From assembly GCA_964392925.1 (NCBI GenBank), contig CAYMRP010000002.1, positions 72,759 to 136,758 on the forward strand: a stretch of DNA of 64,000 nt, given 5' to 3'. Source of the DNA: an uncultured Gammaproteobacteria bacterium (GTDB lineage Bacteria > Patescibacteriota > Microgenomatia > Daviesbacterales > UBA10151). Every line of letters begins with the position of its first letter. Position 1 is the first letter of the stretch. Positions 18,311 through 28,614 of the stretch are shown in pieces. Made by a program: the position numbers and the translations under genes. Under the pieces are notes generated by a model. It had not been told where the DNA came from. It did not search any database and saw nothing but the letters and a program-made list of their open reading frames with translations.

Positions 18311-18553
18311 CTATCTTTCTTTACCGCCAAGAGAACGCATATTGCGGCCACCTTCAGGTCCTTGTGGATTTTCAGACTTTAAAACACCTTCATTAGGCGC
18401 GTTCAAAGTTATCCCTTCTTTACCTGCAATTGAATGCTCTAATCTTCCTTTCTCGGCCAACCATCTCAAGAAAGTTAATCTCCTTAAATCAGGCTCTCTT
18501 GTCTCCTCAACAAACATTTGTAATGCTGTATCATATCTACCAACTGCTCTCAT
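18311..18553 (-). CDS. Small hypothetical protein downstream of an attenuator
   Basis: 80-aa ORF with AGAAAGGAGG SD; L.FLRWL.E.GRLEH core. Confidence 0.75.
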   Translation of the reverse strand: MRAVGRYDTALQMFVEETREPDLRRLTFLRWLAEKGRLEHSIAGKEGITLNAPNEGVLKSENPQGPEGGRNMRSLGGKER

Positions 18554-18631
18554 ATTCTTACCTCCTTTCTTTAAAATTTTATTATTAGCACGACTCTTAA
18601 AATGTGATAAGAATCACTGCTAATTTGTGCA

Positions 18632-18757
18632 TAAAAAAACCGCCCTTTAAATTTGGCGGCTGTTTGATGCTATCAGGTTTTATTAAAACCCTTACATCAA
18701 AACCGCCTCTTTACAGAGGACAGTGTGATGCGGGGTAACGACAATAATATTTTTCAT
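18632..18757 (-). promoter_or_regulatory. Leader-peptide transcription attenuator 1
   Basis: Antiterminator GGCGGTTTTGATG/CATCAAACAGCCGCC overlaps terminator CCGCC-AAATTTAAA-GGGCGG-T7; promoter TTGACT-17-TATAAC upstream. Confidence 0.75.
18692..18757 (-). CDS. Leader peptide MKNIIVVTPHHTVLCKEAVLM
   Basis: 21-codon uORF ending inside the antiterminator arm. Confidence 0.65.
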   Translation of the reverse strand: MKNIIVVTPHHTVLCKEAVLM

Positions 18758-18869
18758 AGACTTACTTGGTTATACTGCCGAGCACTTCTTAAGTCAAGTA
18801 AGGATTTGTATGCCATAATCAAAGATTTGCTTTGCGGTCAAAACGGTAAAGAAAAAGCTAACAAAAGAC

Positions 18870-20993
18870 TTAAGCAGGAGAAACTTCTGGGGTTTTAACA
18901 GCGTCACCTTCCGGCACTTTCGGCTTCGTCCAAGAAGCATAAGTACAAGTCGGCCAATTCTTGCATCCAAAAAAAGTTTTTCCTTTACGAGTTTTGCGTA
19001 CTACCACATCTCCTCCATCATTCGGACATTTTGCCTCAATCATTTCCTCAATCCGTTCAGTGTGTTTACATTCCGGAAACCCTGAACAAGCTAAAAACTT
19101 TCCAAACTTGCCAGTCCGCACTAATAGTTGTTTACCGCATTTAGGACAATTTTTATCAACCATCTCAACTTCTAGCTGAACTTTCTCAGCTGTTTCCTCA
19201 ACAGTCCCCAGTTTTGCAGCCAAAGGCTTAAAATAAGTCCCTACAGTCGCTTTCCATTCTTTCTCGCCTCTTGATATATCATCAAGCGAATCCTCCATTT
19301 GAGCTGTAAATTGATAATCAAACACCTCCGGAAAATGCTTCATTAAAAAATCGTTAACAGTTAACCCTAAAGCCGTCGGATTAAACTTCCGTTCATTACG
19401 TTCAACATAAAACCGGTCCTGAATAGTGGATATAATCGGCGCATAAGTTGAAGGCCGGCCTATTCCTAACTCTTCTAATTTTTTAACTAATGACGCTTCA
19501 GTATATCTTGGAGGCGGTTGAGTGAAATGCTGTAGCGGACTAATCCCTTTTTGATCTAAAGGCTCACCCTCTATAAGTTGTGGAATCTTTTGATTTTCAG
19601 CTTTACTTTTTACTTCTTCTTTGTCGGATTTTTCCTCCTCATCCTCTTCTTTATCAATCCCATAAACTTTTAACCATCCTGCAAACTTCAACTGAGAACC
19701 AGTAGCCCTAAGACCAAAGCTTTCAGCTGTCAGCTTTCTGCCCTCAACTTGCTGATCGCTGACGACTGACGACTGATAGCTACTCAAAACATCAACAGTT
19801 GTTTGGTTAAATAAAGCATCATTCACTTGCGAAGCCACAGTTCTTTTAAAAATTAAGTCATAAAGTCTTTTATGATCCCTAGTAAAATTATCTCCATTTA
19901 ATTTCTCTCCTGTTATCTTTAAATCTGTCGGCCTAATAGCCTCGTGAGCTTCTTGAGCATTTTTAGATTTAGCTTTATAAACCCTCGCTTGTGCTGGCAA
20001 ATACTCTCCTCCTAATACAGCTCCAATATATTCACGCGTCATTCCTAAAGCCTGGGAGGATAAAGTTACGGAATCTGTACGCATATAAGTTATAAAACCC
20101 TGCTCATAAAGGTTTTGAGCAATCATCATAGTTTTCTTAGCTGACATTCCTAATTTATTTCCCGAAGTCTGCTGCAATGTCGAAGTCGTAAACGGAGCGG
20201 CCGGTGATCTTTTAACTTCTTTTTTTGTTATCGCCCGGATTTTATAATCCGCAGTTTCCAATTTCCCCACCACCTCTTTTGCCAAAGCCTCATTATTAAT
20301 AACTGCCTTCTCACCATTAATAGAAACCAGTGCTGCAATGAATCCTGACTCTTGTCCTTTACCTCTCGATTCCAAACTTACGTCTATGCTCCAATATTCA
20401 TCAGCTTTAAATGCCTCTATCTCTCGCTCTCTTTCCACAATCAATCTCAAAGCCACTGATTGAACTCTTCCAGCCGACAACCCCCGCTTAACTTTTCTCC
20501 ACAATAGTGGTGACAATTTATAACCCACTAACCTATCTAAAACCCTGCGCGCTTGCTGGGCATCAACCAATTGCAAATTGATCTCACGCGGATGATCAAA
20601 AGCTGCCATTATTGCATCTTTGGTAATTTCATGAAATTCAACTCTCTTTATCTGCTGACTTTTAGCGGCTGTTTGTTTGCCTGTTTTCTTTTTCCCAGAC
20701 TCTTGCAGCAAATTCGCCAAATGCCAAGCAATCGCCTCGCCTTCCCGGTCAGGGTCGGTAGCCAAATAAAGAATTTCTGCTCCTTCAGCCATCTTTTTAA
20801 GCTCATTAACCTTTTTCTTTTTATCACGAGGGACTATATATTTAGGCTCAAATGTCTCCTCATTAACTCCAATCTCAGCTTTTGGAAGGTCCCGGATATG
20901 ACCCATTGAGGCTTCAATACGATAATTTTTACCTAAAAATTTAGATAAAGTCCGCGCTTTTGTAGGTGATTCAACAATTACTAAATTTTGCAT
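18870..20993 (-). CDS. topA: DNA topoisomerase I
   Basis: IVESP.K, ATDPDREGE, SAGRVQS, ITYMRTDS, C-terminal Zn ribbons. Confidence 0.97.
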   Translation of the reverse strand: MQNLVIVESPTKARTLSKFLGKNYRIEASMGHIRDLPKAEIGVNEETFEPKYIVPRDKKKKVNELKKMAEGAEILYLATDPDREGEAIAWHLANLLQESGKKKTGKQTAAKSQQIKRVEFHEITKDAIMAAFDHPREINLQLVDAQQARRVLDRLVGYKLSPLLWRKVKRGLSAGRVQSVALRLIVEREREIEAFKADEYWSIDVSLESRGKGQESGFIAALVSINGEKAVINNEALAKEVVGKLETADYKIRAITKKEVKRSPAAPFTTSTLQQTSGNKLGMSAKKTMMIAQNLYEQGFITYMRTDSVTLSSQALGMTREYIGAVLGGEYLPAQARVYKAKSKNAQEAHEAIRPTDLKITGEKLNGDNFTRDHKRLYDLIFKRTVASQVNDALFNQTTVDVLSSYQSSVVSDQQVEGRKLTAESFGLRATGSQLKFAGWLKVYGIDKEEDEEEKSDKEEVKSKAENQKIPQLIEGEPLDQKGISPLQHFTQPPPRYTEASLVKKLEELGIGRPSTYAPIISTIQDRFYVERNERKFNPTALGLTVNDFLMKHFPEVFDYQFTAQMEDSLDDISRGEKEWKATVGTYFKPLAAKLGTVEETAEKVQLEVEMVDKNCPKCGKQLLVRTGKFGKFLACSGFPECKHTERIEEMIEAKCPNDGGDVVVRKTRKGKTFFGCKNWPTCTYASWTKPKVPEGDAVKTPEVSPA

Positions 20994-20996
20994 AAT

Positions 20997-21281
20997 TTAT
21001 TCTATATAATTTCTTCGCATATATCTTCTCATCGCTGCCTGAGTTACTATGCCAACACCTAAACCAATTCCCGTCACAGCCACTCCCCCCACCACAATGT
21101 CTGGATTGTTGATCATCAAACCCCCGTACAGCGTTATAACTCCTGAGCCTACTGATATTCTCCAGAACCTATCAATTGAATCATAATACCGTAAAGTAGA
21201 ATGTATATGCCTATCCAATAATCCGACAGCCTCTTGAGAGCCTGATTGTCTGAAATCGCTTTTATCTCTTTCACTTAGCAT
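20997..21281 (-). CDS. Small membrane protein
   Basis: 94 aa with two Gly-rich hydrophobic segments. Confidence 0.55.
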   Translation of the reverse strand: MLSERDKSDFRQSGSQEAVGLLDRHIHSTLRYYDSIDRFWRISVGSGVITLYGGLMINNPDIVVGGVAVTGIGLGVGIVTQAAMRRYMRRNYIE

Positions 21282-21381
21282 ACTTTAAATTGGTCTTAAC
21301 TTACGACTATGTATATTACATCACTTGTCAAGCATTATAGGATAATTAATTAACATGAGAAGAATCGACTGTGACAGGAAT

Positions 21382-23925
21382 CTACTCTAAAAACTTTTCC
21401 TCAACCCAAATAACTTCACCCTTAGGCAAATTACCCTCCAAAATCATTCGCGACAACTTGGCCTCGATAGTGTTTTGAATAACTCTTCTTAATGGACGTG
21501 CGCCAAGCATTGCATCAAAACCAATTTCTGTTAACTTCTCAATAACTGCATCTTTAAATTCAATCAAATACCCCTCCTTTTTAAGCATAACTTGAAGCAC
21601 TTTTAGTTTTATCCCGACAATCTTTTTTAAATCCTCCGGACTTAATGTTTTAAATAGAACCACTTCATCAAAACGATTAATCAACTCAGGTTTAAAGATT
21701 TTTAATAGTTCGTCTGAAACATCTTTTGAGAAATCTTCCAGCTTTTTACCAGAATTAAGTCCATTAGCAATAATTAATGAACCGGCATTAGAAGTTGCAA
21801 TAATAATTGTATTAGTAAAATCAGTTAATTTGCCCGACGCATCCGTTAATCGCCCATCATCTAAAACTTGCAAAAACAAATTCAAAATTTTAGATTCTGC
21901 TTTCTCAAATTCATCCAGCAAAATCAAACAATAGGGCCGGTTCTTAACCGCTTCTGTTAATTCACCTGGATTCTGTGAAGTCCCGATTAACCTATTTATC
22001 GATTCAACACTTTGATACTCTGACATATCAAATCGAACAAACGCATCTCTATTCTTAAAATAAATCTCCGCTAGAGTCTTGGCCAATTCCGTTTTCCCCA
22101 CACCAGTCGGACCAACAAACAAGAAAGATCCAATCGGTCTATCTTTATCTCGAATTTGCGCCGAAGCCCGGCGTAAAGTATCTGATACTTTGTGTACCGC
22201 CTCCTCTTGATCAATCATCCGCTTATGAATCTCATCCTCTAAATTAAGTAGCAACTCTTTCGATGCTGATTCAAGATCTGCAACCGGCACATTTACCACC
22301 TTCGACAAAACTTCTTTTACCGTTTGAACAGTTATCACTCTTTCCGGACTTTTAGTGCATTCAACCAAACATTCTTCATAAACCGCCAGCGCCGAATCAG
22401 GCAGCACCCTGTTATGAATTAATTCTTTAGATTTCTCAACCAAATAAACAATTGCACTGTACGTTGTTCTAATACCGCCGTATTTAGCTTTTTCAATTGA
22501 CCTATTCGAAATAACCTCAATTGTTTCTTCCGGAGATGCTGAAGGCAATTCTATTTTATGAAATATTCTGGCAAAACTTCCGTTTCTTTCAATTATCCTT
22601 GAATAATTCGAAGCCTCAGTTGTAGCGATAAATTGAAACTTATCTGATTCTAAATATGGCAGTAATAACGAATATAAATTAAGACTTCCACCCGCATCAC
22701 CAACTCCAAGTTCATGAATTTCATCAATAAATATAATTACATCTTCAATAAATTGAACTTCCTCAAAAGCTGCTCTGATTTTTTCTGCCAATTCTCCTTC
22801 AGTTCTAACCGAAGATAAAAGCCTCGCCCCTTCCAACTTTACCAATCTTTTGGTCGCCATCGAGGAGGGCGCGTCCCCTCTCACGATTAATTTTGCTAAA
22901 TAATTAACCAAGGTTGATTTACCAGCTCCTGGTTCACCGACCAAAAGAACATTGCTATTTTGCTCTTGAGATAAAACAGTAATAATCTCCGAAACAATAG
23001 CCTGCCTACCAACAAATTCCGGAGCTTTGTTTCTATAAATATCCCGCGTCAAATCAACTGAAATTGCATCCAAATAAGGTGTTGGTGCACCTAACCAGCC
23101 TCTATTCACGCCACTTAAATGATGTATCCCAAAATCCTCATCCCAAATATAAATCTTCTTCCATCTGCTGCGGGTTGTTTCCAAATATTTAAGCGCGCCA
23201 CGAAAATCCTCAATCTTTAAATTTATCTTCATCAACTGATTCTCAACACCCTCAATACTCTCAAGCATTGCTACCCAAAAATAACTTTCTGTAATATGAC
23301 GCGCACCAGAAAGTCTTGCCAGCTCGAAAGCTTTTTCAGCAATCCCCTCATCTGCTGCGATCTCTTTACCAGCAAAATGATCAGCATCAAGCTCCAAACT
23401 TTTCAAAAAAGCTTTCACTTCAAAAGTCTTCAACAATTTATCCCAAGTCACATCTTCCTTTTTTAGCTTTGTCACCTTCCAAATATCCCGCACCGAACCT
23501 ATCTGCCAAAGATTTTTAATTCCGTGATGCATCTCTTTATAAATAAATATCGTCAGTCCCAAAATAATGAAGGTGATATTAGCGATTATAAAAATATCCT
23601 CGTATGGGAAAAAAGGGACCAAATTAAAAATTACAGCAATTAGTGAAAACGGTGCACTAAACCAAATAAGCGCCGCTAAAATCATTACAACCGAGGCACA
23701 TAAAAACCCGAAAATTCCAATTAACACCCTTCCCAGTCTAAAGAAAAAACTTAAAATTCGTCCAACAATACTCGCATCATGAAACAACGGCGTAAATATC
23801 AGCCTCAGCATTAACCCAACAGCCAGGTCCTCTTCTAAAACCAGTAAAATATTTTTTAATGACCGCAAAAACACAGTTGCAGCGTTTGGATACCAAAATA
23901 ATAATAAATGGACAGGAAGCAGCAT
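21382..23925 (-). CDS. ClpA/B/C-family double AAA+ ATPase with N-terminal membrane segments
   Basis: GEPGAGKS, FIDEIH, GPTGVGKTELAK, DMSEY, LDEFEKA, GARPLRR; hydrophobic N-terminus. Confidence 0.92.
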   Translation of the reverse strand: MLLPVHLLLFWYPNAATVFLRSLKNILLVLEEDLAVGLMLRLIFTPLFHDASIVGRILSFFFRLGRVLIGIFGFLCASVVMILAALIWFSAPFSLIAVIFNLVPFFPYEDIFIIANITFIILGLTIFIYKEMHHGIKNLWQIGSVRDIWKVTKLKKEDVTWDKLLKTFEVKAFLKSLELDADHFAGKEIAADEGIAEKAFELARLSGARHITESYFWVAMLESIEGVENQLMKINLKIEDFRGALKYLETTRSRWKKIYIWDEDFGIHHLSGVNRGWLGAPTPYLDAISVDLTRDIYRNKAPEFVGRQAIVSEIITVLSQEQNSNVLLVGEPGAGKSTLVNYLAKLIVRGDAPSSMATKRLVKLEGARLLSSVRTEGELAEKIRAAFEEVQFIEDVIIFIDEIHELGVGDAGGSLNLYSLLLPYLESDKFQFIATTEASNYSRIIERNGSFARIFHKIELPSASPEETIEVISNRSIEKAKYGGIRTTYSAIVYLVEKSKELIHNRVLPDSALAVYEECLVECTKSPERVITVQTVKEVLSKVVNVPVADLESASKELLLNLEDEIHKRMIDQEEAVHKVSDTLRRASAQIRDKDRPIGSFLFVGPTGVGKTELAKTLAEIYFKNRDAFVRFDMSEYQSVESINRLIGTSQNPGELTEAVKNRPYCLILLDEFEKAESKILNLFLQVLDDGRLTDASGKLTDFTNTIIIATSNAGSLIIANGLNSGKKLEDFSKDVSDELLKIFKPELINRFDEVVLFKTLSPEDLKKIVGIKLKVLQVMLKKEGYLIEFKDAVIEKLTEIGFDAMLGARPLRRVIQNTIEAKLSRMILEGNLPKGEVIWVEEKFLE

Positions 23926-23928
23926 AAA

Positions 23929-24327
23929 CTATTTAATCCGGATAACCTCACCTTCAAGATCCAGCTCAACAAAATGAGCCGCTCTTCCTTCTATATATGC
24001 CGGGCATTGATTCTCAGCCAATTCGTCTAACTTTTGTCTCGGATTATGAGCGATATCAACCACCCAATCTGGCATCAAATCGTTCGTCAAACAAGGACCG
24101 CTTGAAAAATCTGTGCCGGCATTTTTTCTGTTTTTATAAACATCTTGTGCCTTTTTAACCGCATTATCAATTTCATCATCTAATCCCGGTTTATACTTTC
24201 CTCTAATTGCAGTATTAAATGGATTAGTTTCATGCACATAAACAATCGCCAAAGAAACAATCGCAATCACAGATAACACAAGTATAAGTAGTTTCCCTCT
24301 TGAGGCTGATGTCATATTCTCACTCAT
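23929..24327 (-). CDS. Membrane-anchored hypothetical protein
   Basis: N-terminal TM; two Cys (GPCL, NQC). Confidence 0.75.
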   Translation of the reverse strand: MSENMTSASRGKLLILVLSVIAIVSLAIVYVHETNPFNTAIRGKYKPGLDDEIDNAVKKAQDVYKNRKNAGTDFSSGPCLTNDLMPDWVVDIAHNPRQKLDELAENQCPAYIEGRAAHFVELDLEGEVIRIK

Positions 24328-24362
24328 ACTCCAATTTTGGCATTTACAGACCTCATTGGCAA

Positions 24363-25442
24363 CTATGCCTTAATATAGTTTCCTGCACCCATATTCCTAA
24401 CAACACCCAAGATCTCCAGCTTTAAAAGTACTGAAGAAATATCAGCAACTTTCTTCTTAAGTTCTCTTGCAATCTCATCCACATGCCGTCCTTCATTCTT
24501 TATTAACTCCAAAATCTCTTTCTCCTCAAAGCTCAAATTTAACTGACTAACATTAACTACTTTCGCCGTCACAACCCCTAGTTCATCTAAAATATCCCCA
24601 ACACTTGACACTAATTTCGCTCCATCTTTTAACAATACCGAAGTCCCCGAAGACATCCCTGAAGTTATTGGTCCTGGAACTGCAAAAACTTCCCTTCCTT
24701 GTTCAATAGCCAAACGCGCCGTAATCAAAGATCCCGAATCCTCAGCAGCCTCTGTCACCAAAACGCCTTTTGATAAACCGGCAATTATTCTATTTCTAGC
24801 CGGGAAATTCCCCGATAAATGAGGATAAGCAGGCGGAAATTCAGTTAATATCGCCCCAAACCCCGAAGCAATTTTCTCAGCCAACCTAACATTCTCGGAA
24901 GGAAAAATTTTAGATAATCCGCCTCCCAAAACAGCTAATGTTTTTCCACCAGACTCAATCGCAGTTACATGAGCTACAGTATCAACTCCTCTCGCCAGTC
25001 CCGAAACAATCGTCAATCCTGCCTCAACTAATTCACGGGTTAATTTTTCGGTAACTATTCTCCCGTAACCCGTCGGCTTCCTGGTCCCCACAACCCCGAA
25101 GCAATTTTCCAGTACTTGCGCGTCTATCACCCCTTTATAATAAATAATCATCGGAGCTCCTGAAATTTCGCGTAGTGAATCCGGATAATCGTCCTGAAAA
25201 ATTGTCACAACTTTAATTCCTGCTTTTTCTAAACTTAAGAAATATTCATCCGGATCAATATCTCTCTTTGCATCTCTAAAATTTTCTATTAATTTTTCCG
25301 GAAATCTAAATTGTCTTAATTCTGAAAAAGGAGCCTCCCAAATAGATTTAAAATCTCCAAAATAGTCAAACAATTTCTTAACCCTCGCCGGTCCAAACCC
25401 TTCAACTGAATGCAAAGCTAAAAGAAATCTCAAATTCTCCAT
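24363..25442 (-). CDS. dprA: DNA-protecting protein DprA
   Basis: VVGTR, IVSGLARGVD, FPARNRIIAGLS, SGSLITA, C-terminal wHTH. Confidence 0.96.
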   Translation of the reverse strand: MENLRFLLALHSVEGFGPARVKKLFDYFGDFKSIWEAPFSELRQFRFPEKLIENFRDAKRDIDPDEYFLSLEKAGIKVVTIFQDDYPDSLREISGAPMIIYYKGVIDAQVLENCFGVVGTRKPTGYGRIVTEKLTRELVEAGLTIVSGLARGVDTVAHVTAIESGGKTLAVLGGGLSKIFPSENVRLAEKIASGFGAILTEFPPAYPHLSGNFPARNRIIAGLSKGVLVTEAAEDSGSLITARLAIEQGREVFAVPGPITSGMSSGTSVLLKDGAKLVSSVGDILDELGVVTAKVVNVSQLNLSFEEKEILELIKNEGRHVDEIARELKKKVADISSVLLKLEILGVVRNMGAGNYIKA

Positions 25443-25454
25443 TTATAATAAAAC

Positions 25455-27302
25455 TTATTCTCCCAAAGTCCGCGCCGACTCTGTCGCGATCATTCCCGTA
25501 TCTTTAATTAGATTGTTTTTGTCAGTAGAAAAATAATATCTAAAAATTTCTTTCACAACCGGCGAAGCATTCGTCGACCCTTCCCCACCACCTTCCATTA
25601 AAACTGTCGCTGTTATTCTTGGCTGATCAACCGGCGCATACCCCGCATACCAGGCATGAGTCTTATCGTCAGGCCCATATTCAGCAGTTCCAGTTTTCCC
25701 AGCTGTTGTAATAGGAAAAGTAAAAAATGGCCAGGCGGTTCCACCCTCTTTTGGCACTTGTTCTAAGCCGTCTTTTATTAGCCTCATAAATTCAGGACGT
25801 GTCGGATGATTTATTGGATCATACTTAAATTTTTTGACCGAACCTCGTACTGCATCCTTAATCTCGAGACCCAAATGAGGTGGAAATTGCTTACCATCTG
25901 ATGCAACATACGAAATCATATTAGAAATCTGCAGAGGTGTTGTCAGTAAAAACCCCTGTCCAATCGCCATATGCAAATTATCCCCTGGATACCAAACCTC
26001 TCCAATAACTTTCTCTTTCCATTCTGGATCTGGAACCAACCCTGCACTCTCTCCTAAGATATCAATTCCCACCTTTTTTCCAAAACCCAGCTTCTTTGCC
26101 GTATCTCCCATGCTTTTCTCACCCACTGAATGTCCTAATTGATAAAAATAAATGTCGTTTGAACGCTTAAGCGCAATTGGTAAATCAACCAAACCTTCTT
26201 CTTTTCTTCCATATTGAGTAAAGTACCAGTTTGAAAAGCTGAATGGTCCCAAATTCATAACACCAGTATCTTCAAATTTTGTTTCAGCAGTTATTTTTCC
26301 GGATTCAAGACCCGCTAAACCACTCGCTATTTTAAATGTTGATCCCGGAGGATATTCACCAGCAATTGCCCTATTAAGAAGCGGCGAATTTGCAGCAGTT
26401 AGAGCTTCCGATAAATTATTAGGATCAAATGACGGCACAGATACCAAACTGAGGACCTCCCCAGTATTAGGATCATTTACCACTACCGCCCCACAACAAG
26501 CTTTAGATTTTTCCAAAGCTTTGCTCAATTCCTCAAACGCCACTTTCTGTAAATCAGCATCAATCGTTAAAATTAAATTCTGCCCCGGTATTGCTTCTTT
26601 TTTCCGAAGCGTTCGTTTTGGTCTTCCGGCCGCATCAACTTCAATAATTTCCCCACCATCAATTCCCTTAAGCGCTTTCTCATAGGCTTCCTCTACACCT
26701 CCCCGGCCAATTTTATCTCCTAATCTGTAATTCACATATTTTTCATTCTTCAATTCTTCCTCAGTTATCTCACCTAAATAGCCTAAAATATGACTTGTTT
26801 TATCTCCTTGTATATAAGAACGCATTGAATCAATTTCTAAATCTTTAAGCCGGGGATCATTCGTCGCTTCCATCTTTAAATATTCCTCACGGCTTATATA
26901 TTTTGCTTTTTCATTTCGGTTTTCCGGATTATAAAGCCGAAATCCCGGATTATTTTGAGCCAAAATTTTTCCATTTCTGTCATAAATTACCCCTCTTGGA
27001 GCATGAATCGTTTTCACCTGTATTCTGTTTGAATCTGCAAGTTCTAAATTTTCCTTGCCGCGGGCAACCTGAAGATGAAATAACCTGCCAATCATCAAAG
27101 AAAAAGCCAGAATAAAAACCACCGCCATTATCGATTTCGTCCAGGGGTTAATCGGAGAGCTTGTTTCCTCTTCCATATCAGAAAAGAATAAATTATTACC
27201 AATATCACCAGCATTTAATTTTTTATTGTAGAAGTGTCCTGATGACCGGGCTGTTTTTCGAAGCTCATCTGAGAATGCTCTGCCAAATTTATTTTTTGCC
27301 AT
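25455..27302 (-). CDS. mrdA: Penicillin-binding protein 2
   Basis: APRG.IYDRNG, PGSTFK, S.DIYFY, KTGT. Confidence 0.94.
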   Translation of the reverse strand: MAKNKFGRAFSDELRKTARSSGHFYNKKLNAGDIGNNLFFSDMEEETSSPINPWTKSIMAVVFILAFSLMIGRLFHLQVARGKENLELADSNRIQVKTIHAPRGVIYDRNGKILAQNNPGFRLYNPENRNEKAKYISREEYLKMEATNDPRLKDLEIDSMRSYIQGDKTSHILGYLGEITEEELKNEKYVNYRLGDKIGRGGVEEAYEKALKGIDGGEIIEVDAAGRPKRTLRKKEAIPGQNLILTIDADLQKVAFEELSKALEKSKACCGAVVVNDPNTGEVLSLVSVPSFDPNNLSEALTAANSPLLNRAIAGEYPPGSTFKIASGLAGLESGKITAETKFEDTGVMNLGPFSFSNWYFTQYGRKEEGLVDLPIALKRSNDIYFYQLGHSVGEKSMGDTAKKLGFGKKVGIDILGESAGLVPDPEWKEKVIGEVWYPGDNLHMAIGQGFLLTTPLQISNMISYVASDGKQFPPHLGLEIKDAVRGSVKKFKYDPINHPTRPEFMRLIKDGLEQVPKEGGTAWPFFTFPITTAGKTGTAEYGPDDKTHAWYAGYAPVDQPRITATVLMEGGGEGSTNASPVVKEIFRYYFSTDKNNLIKDTGMIATESARTLGE

Positions 27303-27318
27303 AGTAGAAAACTAAATT

Positions 27319-27768
27319 TTATGCTCTTATTCTTAATTTTGTATGAGAAGTGGCAACAAATCTATCTTCCCAACTTCTTAATAAAAGATAAGTCGGCAAA
27401 ACTAGAATCATTTCAGTTAACCTCGGCCAAAACGTAAAGCTCTGGCCAGCAAAAAAACTGCTCAACATACCTGCGATTCCAATAAGCAAAGCTCCTGAAA
27501 TAAAAATCATTATCAAATTAAATGACACCGGCAGTTTTCTTAGCATACTCGCCAATTTAACCAACAATATAAATAGAATTGAGTAGTATCCAAGATTCGA
27601 CTGTGTCAGAAAAGATAAAATTAATCCGCCAAAAAAGGCAATAAATAAATTATCTCTATCTTCAATAACTAAACTCCGCGCCACAATCAAAACCAGCACT
27701 AAGTTAATCGGCAAAAAAGCACTTTGTAGAAATGCCGCTAGTGTTATTAATAGTAAAAATATCTTCAT
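27319..27768 (-). CDS. mreD: MreD-like membrane protein
   Basis: Polytopic protein between mreC and mrdA. Confidence 0.65.
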   Translation of the reverse strand: MKIFLLLITLAAFLQSAFLPINLVLVLIVARSLVIEDRDNLFIAFFGGLILSFLTQSNLGYYSILFILLVKLASMLRKLPVSFNLIMIFISGALLIGIAGMLSSFFAGQSFTFWPRLTEMILVLPTYLLLRSWEDRFVATSHTKLRIRA

Positions 27769-27778
27769 AATTTAACAA

Positions 27779-28570
27779 TTATTCCCCCACCACAAAAACT
27801 ACTTCAAGATCTGCAATATTAAAAACCGGCTTCACTTTTGCCTGCTTAAATATTTCATTATCTTTTTGAATAACCTCTGAGACTTGGCCCAAAACCAAAC
27901 CTCTTGGAATATCAACCTCCTGTCCTTCTGAATAAACTAAATCCCCAACTTTAATTGGCTCTTCATGCAGAATCTTATCGAGCATCATTTCAGAACCAAA
28001 TTGTCCAATCAAAATTCCTTTTGCCCGGCCTTCATCCGATTGAGAAAAAGCTGAAATTCGCGAATCAGGATCGATCCCTAAAATAACTTTACTTCTTTTT
28101 GGATCTGCTTCTTTTATAAGTCCAATAAAATTATCCTTAAAGATCACTGCCTGTCCTGGCTTAAATCCGTCCTCTGACCCTTTATCAATCAGTAAAAATC
28201 TGGAAAAACCGAAAGGTCTAGCTGGCACTAAATTAAAAGCCTGATCTGATAGAACTTCTTTTTGGTCTAAAAAACTTTGGGCTTCAGCTAATTTTTTTCT
28301 TAAGTTAGCATTCTCCGATAAAATCTGCGCCATCTGTTCCGACTTTGCCCTATTTTCCTGAGCTGCTTGCCTAGCTGAAATCACAAATCCAAACTGCCGG
28401 CTAACACTAAGCGAGCTTTTATAAAGTCCATATTGGATCGGGATAGTCACAGTTTGCAGCAAACTCTTAGGGATATCCAACAATTTATAAAAATCTAACA
28501 AAAGTAGTGAAACGGAAATTAAAAGTAGAATTAGTAGGAGCTTTAAGTCGTAAAGTAAAATCTTCAGCAT
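27779..28570 (-). CDS. mreC: Rod shape-determining protein MreC
   Basis: TM, coiled coil (ENANLR), IDKGS.DG, P.GL.LG. Confidence 0.92.
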   Translation of the reverse strand: MLKILLYDLKLLLILLLISVSLLLLDFYKLLDIPKSLLQTVTIPIQYGLYKSSLSVSRQFGFVISARQAAQENRAKSEQMAQILSENANLRKKLAEAQSFLDQKEVLSDQAFNLVPARPFGFSRFLLIDKGSEDGFKPGQAVIFKDNFIGLIKEADPKRSKVILGIDPDSRISAFSQSDEGRAKGILIGQFGSEMMLDKILHEEPIKVGDLVYSEGQEVDIPRGLVLGQVSEVIQKDNEIFKQAKVKPVFNIADLEVVFVVGE

Positions 28571-28614
28571 CAGGTTGTAAATATACCATATTTGTGCGAA
28601 AATCTTCTCAATAA

